The notes below the pieces were generated by a model. It was given only the letters and a program-made list of their open reading frames with translations. It did not search any database and was not told the origin of the DNA. Made by a program: the position numbers and the translations under genes. Positions 1-8,188 of a DNA stretch of 35,151 nucleotides are shown here, in pieces. The stretch is from a virus (taxonomy: Duplodnaviria > Caudoviricetes): IMG/VR virus record IMGVR_UViG_3300025277_001374, positions 1 to 35,151 of that record. One strand, given 5' to 3'. Position 1 is the stretch's first letter. Every line of letters begins with the position of its first letter.

Positions 1-732
1 ATCATCAACCTTTATGATTACATCTGCATCATTAGCCTGTGCATCGATTGTTATATTGCCAACTGTTGTAACAAGACTAGCTGCGGCATCACCTGTGCCT
101 ATATCATCTAGTGCGGTTGCTCCTGTTGCTCCTATATCTGATAGCACCTGTGTGCCTGTTCTGTAATCTACGTTACCCGAACCATCTAATACTAAGAACT
201 TATCTGTATCTGTTCCTGCCGCTGCAACGGTTGATAGCGTAAGCGTATTAGCAACAGTAACCTTACCTGCAAATGCTGCCGTAGAATCAGCTACAGTGGC
301 ATTTGGAGTAAGAGTTATGTGAGTCACATAAGCATCTATGTCTGCAATATTGTTAGCAAAGGTAACTACTCCACCATCAGCCACCGACCATCTCCACGCA
401 TCACCTGCTGTATCTCCTCGATCAGCATACAGATACATGTTAGCGGCAGCACCATTGGCTCCTCTCACCGCAAGAGTCTGGGTATCTATGGATGACAAAT
501 GGATGGCGTCATCAAACTTGATCCTTCTCTTTGAAGAACCACTTGTTACCTGGACATCAAATTCACCATTAGTTGTATGAGCAATTGCCCAGTAACCACT
601 AGAGTTTGTGGTGGTAGAGGCTCTACTGGTAGCTGTATCGTTCTTGTCAAATAAGTTGATCGTGGCTCCAGAGATTGCCGCCCCTGCATCGTCATAAACG
701 AATCCCTTGAAGTTAATCGTTGGGGTTGCCAT
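1..732 (-). CDS. Tail fibre/receptor-binding protein, N-terminal part (runs off the window)
   Basis: Not in the ORF track. ATG at 732; the parts I translated are in one frame: MATPTINFKGFVYDDAGAAISGATINLFD... and, at the window edge, ...GNITIDAQANDADVIIKVDD. N-terminus resembles a carboxypeptidase-regulatory/transthyretin-like beta-sandwich; Thr/Ala/Asp-rich; follows the tail genes. Confidence 0.7.
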   Translation of the reverse strand, partial: MATPTINFKGFVYDDAGAAISGATINLFDKNDTATSRASTTTNSSGYWAIAHTTNGEFDVQVTSGSSKRRIKFDDAIHLSSIDTQTLAVRGANGAAANMYLYADRGDTAGDAWRWSVADGGVVTFANNIADIDAYVTHITLTPNATVADSTAAFAGKVTVANTLTLSTVAAAGTDTDKFLVLDGSGNVDYRTGTQVLSDIGATGATALDDIGTGDAAASLVTTVGNITIDAQANDADVIIKVDD

Positions 733-734
733 TT

Positions 735-1133
735 CTATCTACCTCCTAATCGGGAGCGATCTTGATAATTTAACGCATCCCTTGTTATTCCTACAGGATC
801 TTGTTCTAAATCGTCCTCGTCTACAAATATTAATGTTATGCCTAAACCTGCCAGTGCCTCTCGTGCCATTATGTCACGTGCCTTAGTATCAGCACCCAGG
901 TGGTAGTGATAATACACCCCTTGCACGTTAACTGCCAAGTTTGGAGGATTAGTAAAGTCGAAGTCAAGAACCATTCCTCCCTTATCCAAGCGTCCTCCGA
1001 ACTGGCTACTCTGGTATGAGAAGTCAACTCCGTCCTCATAACCCAATTGCGCTAACGCTGCATAGAACATCCATTCAGGGAGCGATCCTGTCCATTCGTC
1101 AGGCGGAGACTGTATAACACTCTGAGTAACCAT
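735..1133 (-). CDS. Vsr/DUF559-like PD-(D/E)XK-fold protein
   Basis: Start moved to MVTQ (ATG 1133, TAATG overlap with the upstream stop). Pattern LDF...LAVNVQGVYYH...KARD...LAGLGITLIFVDE resembles Vsr/DUF559. Confidence 0.55.
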   Translation of the reverse strand: MVTQSVIQSPPDEWTGSLPEWMFYAALAQLGYEDGVDFSYQSSQFGGRLDKGGMVLDFDFTNPPNLAVNVQGVYYHYHLGADTKARDIMAREALAGLGITLIFVDEDDLEQDPVGITRDALNYQDRSRLGGR

Positions 1134-1426
1134 TAGCCGTCCAGTATCACCACCCAAGAAACTTTGTCGCCATTACTTGCCACGTCTACATAGAACGTAG
1201 AAAAGGGAATAGTCCCGCCCACGTCAGCAAAGTTAATTTCTAATTCATTCCCAGCAGATAGTTCATATCCGTTGGTAGTAGTAATATCGCTAACACCAAA
1301 GTAAGCAATCCCTGAATTGGCAGCGAGTGCTTTAACCTTGATCCAACGAACACGATTAGCAGTGTTACTAAGCTGTTGCTCAGTTCCTGATGTAGCGACT
1401 GTAGTTGTTCCTGCGTCAAATATCAT
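1133..1426 (-). CDS. Small beta-rich virion (tail-associated) protein
   Basis: 97 aa, coupled to both neighbours (ATGA and TAATG overlaps), beta-strand-like composition, in the tail module. Confidence 0.55.
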   Translation of the reverse strand: MIFDAGTTTVATSGTEQQLSNTANRVRWIKVKALAANSGIAYFGVSDITTTNGYELSAGNELEINFADVGGTIPFSTFYVDVASNGDKVSWVVILDG

Positions 1427-3372
1427 GGCTCCACCAGTGAGATCCTACTCACGCCTCTCTCGTCCATACCTGTATACTCTATACCTGTAGCACTCACAAC
1501 ATCAACGTAGTAATTGCGTGTGCCTCCGCTATCGTCACGGAAAGTGAATTCCACCAGGGTGTTAGACTCTATTGCGCTTATAAGATTAGAGCGAAGTCCT
1601 TTTGGATTGTTACCTTTATAAGATTCGTTTAATGATACTTCAACTGAGTGTCCATACTTAGCGGGTAGCTTCTTGCGATACTCAAGCGTCAAGCTAACTA
1701 CGTCTGGAGACTTTTTCATAATTGCTGTGGTAGTTCCTGCTTCCCTTGCCAGTGTTAACTTAAATTTTATTGATCGGAAAGTCGTTCCTACGTTAGATCC
1801 AAAGGTATAAGTAGTAGTGCCGTCAGACGTAATAGTCCCCATAGACGTATACGAATCAGAATAATCTATCGCATACTGGACCACTACAGTTTCATTAGAA
1901 CCGGCATCCTCAACCTCAACCTTCAACTTCAATGCCAGCTTGTCTACCTCAGACTGGCTTGCGTCAAACCAGGGAGACTCTATATAACCAGTGGTTTCAT
2001 ACTCCATGTTTACTAGCTGAGTAGGATTGATAACATCAGGCGGAAGCATCTGATGATACACCACACCGTTCCATCCCCAGAATAATCTATAGTCTCCCTC
2101 TCCCGCACTAGTAACTAGCATCTCGGTGATAGGTTGACCTGCTGATGGTGCAGACCAAAGTGTCTGCCATCCCACGTCATTCCATGCAACTATAGAAGAA
2201 GTTCCCGAACTATCAGGAATAGCAGGAGAACTATGTCCTACCATACCAGCAGTTGCACCAGACTGATAAGCCATAGCAGGAGCCGGAGTAGCAGGTGCAG
2301 CCGTAGCATCGACTGCTGCTATCAGTTCCGTATGACTACCAATCAGCCTCTTGATAGTTCCTCGATTAGCTTCAGGTAAACCGTCATCTTTGTCAGGACC
2401 TGTTACGGTGATAACCGCAGACTGCGCTCCGTTAATATACTTGTAGATCCCTAGCCCTGACGGGAGATATATAGCATCCCTCCACCTAGTCGTTCCCGAT
2501 CCATTGAATTCATGTAATGGTAATTTAAATTCTGTCTCTACCCACCTGGCATTAGCAGAATCATGTGCGTATAGTCCTGTCTTAGTACTTGCATATAAGA
2601 TCAAATCACCAGTAGCGTCACGTCCTACAAATAATGCGGTGACATATCCGCTTTGGACAGGCAACTGTGCGTCATCCACCTTTGTTCCGTTCAAGGTTAG
2701 GGTATACCAAAGGAGTCCTGCGGAATCTATTCCCCATAACCGATCATCCCAATAGGCAATAAACTTAACACCATCTGTAGTCTTTGTAGGCACAGAGGCA
2801 TAAGACACATCCGTTACTGTTGTCGAAGAAGCAAAGTAAGAATACCCTGCCTCATGTGCGACAACTACGTTATCAGTGCCACCCATTCTTGTCGTAAGGC
2901 TGTCGTTAGGACTACCAGGGAAAGTGTAGTCACTTCCACCGTGCTGAACCCTCTCCCACTTTGAATTACCATTTGTGTAGAAGTAAGGCACTGTTCCGTA
3001 CCCTGCATATAGTGTCGATCCTAGTTCTGCAATGAATGTGATCTCTCCATCTATAGCCGTACCTGCTGCTGTCTCTGCTGTAGTTGCATTAGCTAAAGCA
3101 GACAAGACCAAGTGATGCCTGTGTCTCAGGTTAAGAGTGCTATACCATGCTCTGTCCACATCAGCAGCCCCTTGCATACGCTCTACTCCTATACCTCCAC
3201 GCCAGTCAGACCAACTGATAACACTGGATCTAATCTGTGAGTCCTTAGTGGTATCTCCGATGGTAATCTTTGCCGGATATATAGATGCAAGCGTTGATTG
3301 AACAGGGCGAGTTAACGGGTAATACGTCCCGTTTAAATATATCTCGTTAGTTTCTACAACTTTGTTTGCCAT
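1423..3372 (-). CDS. Tail nozzle/tubular protein B-like (beta-propeller)
   Basis: 649 aa after the adaptor; N-terminal SDWRGGIG motif; C-terminal GYIESPWFD...KL...FRSIKFKLTL pattern as in P22 gp10/T7 gp12-like proteins. Confidence 0.6.
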   Translation of the reverse strand: MANKVVETNEIYLNGTYYPLTRPVQSTLASIYPAKITIGDTTKDSQIRSSVISWSDWRGGIGVERMQGAADVDRAWYSTLNLRHRHHLVLSALANATTAETAAGTAIDGEITFIAELGSTLYAGYGTVPYFYTNGNSKWERVQHGGSDYTFPGSPNDSLTTRMGGTDNVVVAHEAGYSYFASSTTVTDVSYASVPTKTTDGVKFIAYWDDRLWGIDSAGLLWYTLTLNGTKVDDAQLPVQSGYVTALFVGRDATGDLILYASTKTGLYAHDSANARWVETEFKLPLHEFNGSGTTRWRDAIYLPSGLGIYKYINGAQSAVITVTGPDKDDGLPEANRGTIKRLIGSHTELIAAVDATAAPATPAPAMAYQSGATAGMVGHSSPAIPDSSGTSSIVAWNDVGWQTLWSAPSAGQPITEMLVTSAGEGDYRLFWGWNGVVYHQMLPPDVINPTQLVNMEYETTGYIESPWFDASQSEVDKLALKLKVEVEDAGSNETVVVQYAIDYSDSYTSMGTITSDGTTTYTFGSNVGTTFRSIKFKLTLAREAGTTTAIMKKSPDVVSLTLEYRKKLPAKYGHSVEVSLNESYKGNNPKGLRSNLISAIESNTLVEFTFRDDSGGTRNYYVDVVSATGIEYTGMDERGVSRISLVEP

Positions 3373-4634
3373 TACTCAACCCATCTACCTGTAATCATAG
3401 TAGGGAACGCTCTCTTTGATTGCTCCGCAAGCCCAAACCAGAACGCTGCCTGTTGCCGTCTTTGGTCAGGATCTGTAGAAGCTCCTCCCGAATTAGCAGC
3501 AAACGCTAACGCTGTTGCTCTGGCTATTATATAGCTGTCATCTATCTCAGAAGTAGCTGTTTCTGTTGAAAGTAACGCTGGCTTGTCTCCACCCTGGATC
3601 TTGATCAATTTGTATCCCACTTCAAGACGGGCTGAGTCAGACAGTATCAAGTCTCTTGCTGAACGATCTATCCTCCATAAATGCTTTGGAAGAATCACCC
3701 AGTCGGCTGTATCGTTCTCAACCACCTTAATATCATCAAGTCTTACCTGACAGGCTCCTAACTCCGAATCATACTCCAGACCTATAGATATGATTGCCGT
3801 ATCTGTCTCCGGGTTAGCTAGAGCCATTCTTACGAAAGTCCAAGTGTTAGCTGTTAATGCAGGGACTTCTAAAGTTTCTATCGGAGATGCACAAGAAGCT
3901 GAGTCATCCAGGAGAATCTTTAAATTCCCTGCGCTTGTAGCTACGGTAGACTTGATCCAACACTCTAAGTAATCGTACTTAGATATATCTTTGCTTCCTA
4001 TGGAATCAGTAGCTATCTCGCCGCCGGTTGCTGCTCCTGCTATGACAAACTTGTTACTACCAGTTCCTCTTTTCTTGTCCTCTGTATCTACAGTAACTGT
4101 AATGTCACTATCAACTGTCTCGTCAAACGCTGCATTGCAAGAATGTAATAGGGTTGATGAAACTTTACTTCTATAGAATAGTCTGTTAATTATCGAAATA
4201 TTAGACGGGATATCAAACCGCATGTTCCTGCTGTCTGCGTGTAGTTCCACGTTCTCTGTCGGATGGTACGCTTGACCTGTGGTATCTATGATCGCCTGGT
4301 TAATGAACTCATCAATTACTTCAGGACGAAATTCGTCATCCCATATCTCAAATGTATCTCCGGCAGCCGTAGCAAATGAATATGCTTGTTGTACCGTTAA
4401 CCTGTAAGCACTTGCTGTGTAGTCACTAATGATCCTGGTTTCAGTATTGTTGGAGTTGGTGACGTCAGCAACCACGAGCCACTTACCATTATAAGAATCA
4501 TCGCCACCAACGAGCGAAAGAGATATCAATGTCGTTGTTGATCCTGCGTCATAAGCAGTACCAGTTCGAATCGCTCCTAGATTGTTTCCGATACTTTGTC
4601 GGAGTTGCTTTCTTGTTCTTCCTTGCACTGGCAT
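3372..4634 (-). CDS. Head-tail adaptor-like protein with an inserted jelly-roll/CBM-like domain
   Basis: N-terminal RTRKQLRQSI helix, 'IDEFINQAI', C-terminal 'YIIARATALA' helix; position between head and nozzle genes. Confidence 0.55.
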   Translation of the reverse strand: MPVQGRTRKQLRQSIGNNLGAIRTGTAYDAGSTTTLISLSLVGGDDSYNGKWLVVADVTNSNNTETRIISDYTASAYRLTVQQAYSFATAAGDTFEIWDDEFRPEVIDEFINQAIIDTTGQAYHPTENVELHADSRNMRFDIPSNISIINRLFYRSKVSSTLLHSCNAAFDETVDSDITVTVDTEDKKRGTGSNKFVIAGAATGGEIATDSIGSKDISKYDYLECWIKSTVATSAGNLKILLDDSASCASPIETLEVPALTANTWTFVRMALANPETDTAIISIGLEYDSELGACQVRLDDIKVVENDTADWVILPKHLWRIDRSARDLILSDSARLEVGYKLIKIQGGDKPALLSTETATSEIDDSYIIARATALAFAANSGGASTDPDQRRQQAAFWFGLAEQSKRAFPTMITGRWVE

Positions 4635-4780
4635 AATAAAGCCTCTTCTTGCAATCGAAGTACAGTTCGCTTAAGAGCCACAATCTGTACCTCATAATCA
4701 GTTATTATATTAATCTTGTCACTCAAGACAGCCTGTATGTCTTGGTTAGTTATGCTAATCTCTGTACTCTGTTCGACCAT
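4577..4780 (-). CDS. Hypothetical small coiled-coil protein
   Basis: 67 aa, TGATG coupling to the upstream gene; overlaps the adaptor start by 58 nt. Confidence 0.5.
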   Translation of the reverse strand: MVEQSTEISITNQDIQAVLSDKINIITDYEVQIVALKRTVLRLQEEALLCQCKEEQESNSDKVSETI

Positions 4781-5136
4781 CAGATACCTCTATATGTTAT
4801 TTTGTTGTTAGTAGATTCTCGCATCATTGCGGTATATTTTCTAAATTCTTCTATTGCCTTACCTATCTCCTTGAGTTCATCTCCCGTAGGCTTACGCTTC
4901 ATCTCTCGTTCCTTTTCTTCTTCTAAGAAAGTCTCGAAGGATTGCGCTGCCATGTCCTCTATGTGCGCCTTGCTAACCATAGAATCAGCAGGGATTGATA
5001 CCTCACACATTCTTCCCGTGATAGGAGACTTCATCTTGAACTGGTGAACCACCATAGACGCCCCAGACTCGCCATTAAACCCAACGTCAGTTGAGCCTAA
5101 GTAGACCATGCCTTGAGGCGTCCATAGTGCATCCAC
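4780..5136 (-). CDS. Hypothetical protein (virion module)
   Basis: 118 aa, GTG start 3 nt after the upstream stop. Confidence 0.6.
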   Translation of the reverse strand: MDALWTPQGMVYLGSTDVGFNGESGASMVVHQFKMKSPITGRMCEVSIPADSMVSKAHIEDMAAQSFETFLEEEKEREMKRKPTGDELKEIGKAIEEFRKYTAMMRESTNNKITYRGI

Positions 5137-5139
5137 TGA

Positions 5140-5910
5140 TTACGCTCGTATTTTTAACATTACTTGCTGATAGTCAGTAGAAACCGCAGCAATACTTATT
5201 GCAACACCAATTGGTTCCAAGTCAGTAGCACCTGAAGAATCATGCAAAGTAGCCATACCGCTCTGTCCTGACACTTCGCTGACCTCAATAGCATTACCTA
5301 AAGTCATAGCTGTAGTTCCGCTTACCTCAACAGAAGCAACGCCATATGTTTGAAGCCAGAAGTAGTAAGAAGCAGTTACTGGAATAGGCGTAACACCAAG
5401 TGGTCCTGTTGTCTGGGTGCCATCACCATCAATGAGTTTTACTCCTGCATAAAGGTTTTCCCTTAATCCACATAAAGAAGCAGTAGTTAATGCAGTTCTT
5501 ATTCCATCTTCTTCATCAAGCGTGATGATGACCGTGTTATCGGCAGATGCATCGTGAGCAGGATGCGACTTGATTCTATAGACTTCACCTTCGCCCGGTC
5601 CATCATTGAACATCAAGTATCCATCTGCATATTGGTCTTTGGTTAAGTCAGTAGTTGGTACTTCTATGCTAATTGTTGTATCACCAACACTATGAGCAGC
5701 AGTAGCAGCAACATCCATATCGTGTGCAGCAACTACGGCAGTACCGTCAACAATCTTTCCAGCGGTGGCAAGTGACGTTCCGTCATCCTTTGCATAATAG
5801 AACACCCTGCCGTCAGGAGTTGTAGCCCTTGTTCCTAGCTTCTGCCTTTGGTCTGAAGTCTCCACTTTTTCTTGTCCATAAGACAAGTTTACTGTTAATG
5901 GAAATGCCAT
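5140..5910 (-). CDS. Capsid decoration/cement-like protein
   Basis: 256 aa, SD AAGGAGG, two genes downstream of the MCP; LGTR...DGRVFYY and YYFWLQTYG motifs resemble post-capsid decoration proteins. Confidence 0.55.
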   Translation of the reverse strand: MAFPLTVNLSYGQEKVETSDQRQKLGTRATTPDGRVFYYAKDDGTSLATAGKIVDGTAVVAAHDMDVAATAAHSVGDTTISIEVPTTDLTKDQYADGYLMFNDGPGEGEVYRIKSHPAHDASADNTVIITLDEEDGIRTALTTASLCGLRENLYAGVKLIDGDGTQTTGPLGVTPIPVTASYYFWLQTYGVASVEVSGTTAMTLGNAIEVSEVSGQSGMATLHDSSGATDLEPIGVAISIAAVSTDYQQVMLKIRA

Positions 5911-6024
5911 TTTAAACCTCCTTAAAGGTTATTTATTTGAGCAGGTTCAAAGCCCTGCGATCAACCGTTAAGATTAGAGTAGTGGGAGGCACGGTCAATC
6001 TTTACACCTCCCATTACCCACTAA

Positions 6025-6435
6025 TTATTTATGTTCCTTTGTCTTATGGAACCTAAGTTGAGACGAAGCGGTTGCCTTGTCTTCAGCATCAGGAACAAAG
6101 TCGCACTGATCACAGGCGATTACTCGTTCCTTAACTGGATCTTCCGCAACTGTTCCATTCTTGGCTGTAGATTCCTTGCACCATTGGCAATCACACTGAT
6201 CTCCGGGTTTCCATGGGAACAAACCGATCTTTGCCTTTCTGAGTACATAGTCTGGGTTTCCTGGCACACCCTTTGTAGTTGAGCCGACAGGTTCAGATAG
6301 GTTCCCATCAACAGTATAACTTGCCTTGTGTCGATATAGGGTAGTTTTAGGTTGCCACTCGTCTATATACCGTAAAGTGAATCCTGCATTAGTTAATTCT
6401 AACTTTTGCTGGTTTCGTTCAGTTATTCCTACCAT
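6025..6435 (-). CDS. Hypothetical protein with CxCxxC and a C-terminal C2H2-type zinc finger
   Basis: CDCQWC and CDQCDF...SQLRFHKTKEH; SD AAAGGA. Confidence 0.65.
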   Translation of the reverse strand: MVGITERNQQKLELTNAGFTLRYIDEWQPKTTLYRHKASYTVDGNLSEPVGSTTKGVPGNPDYVLRKAKIGLFPWKPGDQCDCQWCKESTAKNGTVAEDPVKERVIACDQCDFVPDAEDKATASSQLRFHKTKEHK

Positions 6436-6458
6436 GAATTATTCCTTTCGATTAGTGC

Positions 6459-7334
6459 CTATGAAGTTGCAATATCACCGATTTCAAATATAACTCCTGC
6501 TCCACGACTATCATCGAGTTCAAAGACTCCATAGTCAGCAGTCAAGACAACTTCAGTAGCTCTGAGTGACGCATCTCTTTGTCGCTCAGTTCTAGTATCA
6601 ACGCTGGTAAGTGCAGCCATAGCTGTCTTATCAGCTATAACTCCAATACCAGAATCAACTCCAGATGTTTTCTCAATATTCCCATCTTCAAAAATGGAAA
6701 CGCCATTGATGGGTCGCAAGCCACTATAGAAGTTCTTTAGCAAGTCTACGCTCCATCCAGATGTAAGTTCGCCACCTACTGTGCTAGTAATAGTAGCTGA
6801 CTCTCCAGAGAGATAAGCAACTGCGTTTGGATGGTGATTGATATACAACTGATTACCAAACTTATTAGCTTTGGCGTTAGAAATAATAGCGTGAACATTT
6901 GCTGCACTCATATTTCTTCCGTCTAAACCCAGTTTAGTACCGCCATTTAAGTTGGTATACAGAGCGATGACATCAGTATCTTTCTTTCGTGCCATCCCAT
7001 CGCCCAACTGCCTCCCGATCATCGAAAAGACGTTATCAGCAGCTTGTCGAACAAGTTTATCAGTAAGAATTACCTTTGCTCCTACCTCAGATGCGGTAAG
7101 GTCAACGGTAGTCATACCAATCTCTTCCTCGTCAATTATATCCTGTCCGTCTGTCAAGTCACTCATTGTCATCTGACCGACTTTTGGAACAGTTACTTGT
7201 TTAGCCCCTTTAGGGAGCTTGAACTGCTCAATAAGAGCGATTGCCGGAGCGTTATGTTCCTCTGTATATCTGGCTGCTGAAATTATAATGCGTTGAGCAT
7301 TTTCCAGATTGCCAGTTGTAGCTGTCTGTGCCAT
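6459..7334 (-). CDS. Major capsid protein (HK97 fold)
   Basis: 291 aa after the scaffold; GAKQVTVPK, 'IGRQLGDGMARKKDTD' backbone helix, C-terminal 'ADYGVFELD'; SD AAGGAG. Confidence 0.85.
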   Translation of the reverse strand: MAQTATTGNLENAQRIIISAARYTEEHNAPAIALIEQFKLPKGAKQVTVPKVGQMTMSDLTDGQDIIDEEEIGMTTVDLTASEVGAKVILTDKLVRQAADNVFSMIGRQLGDGMARKKDTDVIALYTNLNGGTKLGLDGRNMSAANVHAIISNAKANKFGNQLYINHHPNAVAYLSGESATITSTVGGELTSGWSVDLLKNFYSGLRPINGVSIFEDGNIEKTSGVDSGIGVIADKTAMAALTSVDTRTERQRDASLRATEVVLTADYGVFELDDSRGAGVIFEIGDIATS

Positions 7335-7359
7335 TTTAAATTCTCCTTATAATATAAAT

Positions 7360-8142
7360 TTAGCCTAGCCCAGCAGCCCTTCGTGCTGCTGCTTGTGCCT
7401 GAGAAGATCGGTCACCCTGATTATATCTCTCAAGCAACCTGCCCTCATCGGTGGAAGCTGCTGGTGTCGATTGACTATCGTCAAAAGACTGCGAGGGAAC
7501 TAGCTGTGCCTTCAGCCTAGCTATTTCCGCATCCTTTTCCCTATCGGATTTCATGCGTTTCGCCGCTGCTTCCATGCTCTGAGGATCTTGATATTTCCTC
7601 AACTCTGCCAAGTCCGGCAGATTTAAGTCGTATTGTGCAGCAAAGTGTTCTGCTGCTGCTGACTGACCCTGTATATGCCTAACGTAATCTGATTGCTGTT
7701 GCTGTATCTGTGCAACCTGTGCCTGTTGCGAAGACCAGTTCTGTGCAATCTGATCAGCTTGTTCAGGTAAATAGCCCTGTTGCTCAAGCTGCTGCCTATA
7801 GTGGTCAGTCTGTTGTTGTATCTGTGTTTGGTATTGCGCCTGTGCATACTGAGCATTCTGCTGTTCAACTTCCTGTATACGCCTGGTTAAGTCGTCTATA
7901 GGCGGAGCAGCAGGAGGAGCCTCTTCAGTTACTAGCGGGGCAGTGCTTGGCGACGAAGAGGCTTCGTTAGTATCCCCCTGACCTTCTTGTGACGATGAAG
8001 GCTCTGTAGTATCCTCTGCCGGAGACGCTGATACATCCTCAAATGTATTCGCTCCTGCAAAGTCACCTGTAATATCCGTAGTAGTATTCCCTGTGTCCAC
8101 AGGTGCTTCATTCTCTATAGGTTGTTCTGCCTGATTTACCAT
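7360..8142 (-). CDS. Capsid scaffolding protein
   Basis: Acidic disordered N-terminus, Gln-rich coiled coil, basic C-terminus; directly upstream of the MCP. Confidence 0.7.
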   Translation of the reverse strand: MVNQAEQPIENEAPVDTGNTTTDITGDFAGANTFEDVSASPAEDTTEPSSSQEGQGDTNEASSSPSTAPLVTEEAPPAAPPIDDLTRRIQEVEQQNAQYAQAQYQTQIQQQTDHYRQQLEQQGYLPEQADQIAQNWSSQQAQVAQIQQQQSDYVRHIQGQSAAAEHFAAQYDLNLPDLAELRKYQDPQSMEAAAKRMKSDREKDAEIARLKAQLVPSQSFDDSQSTPAASTDEGRLLERYNQGDRSSQAQAAARRAAGLG

Positions 8143-8188
8143 ATCTTTTCCTTTCGACCTTTAAAATACTATTAGTATAGCCCAAACG

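Noticed and set aside
6436-6470. T7-like capsid frameshift or readthrough into the Zn-finger ORF
   Set aside because: No evident slippery sequence, and the downstream ORF has its own SD and ATG.
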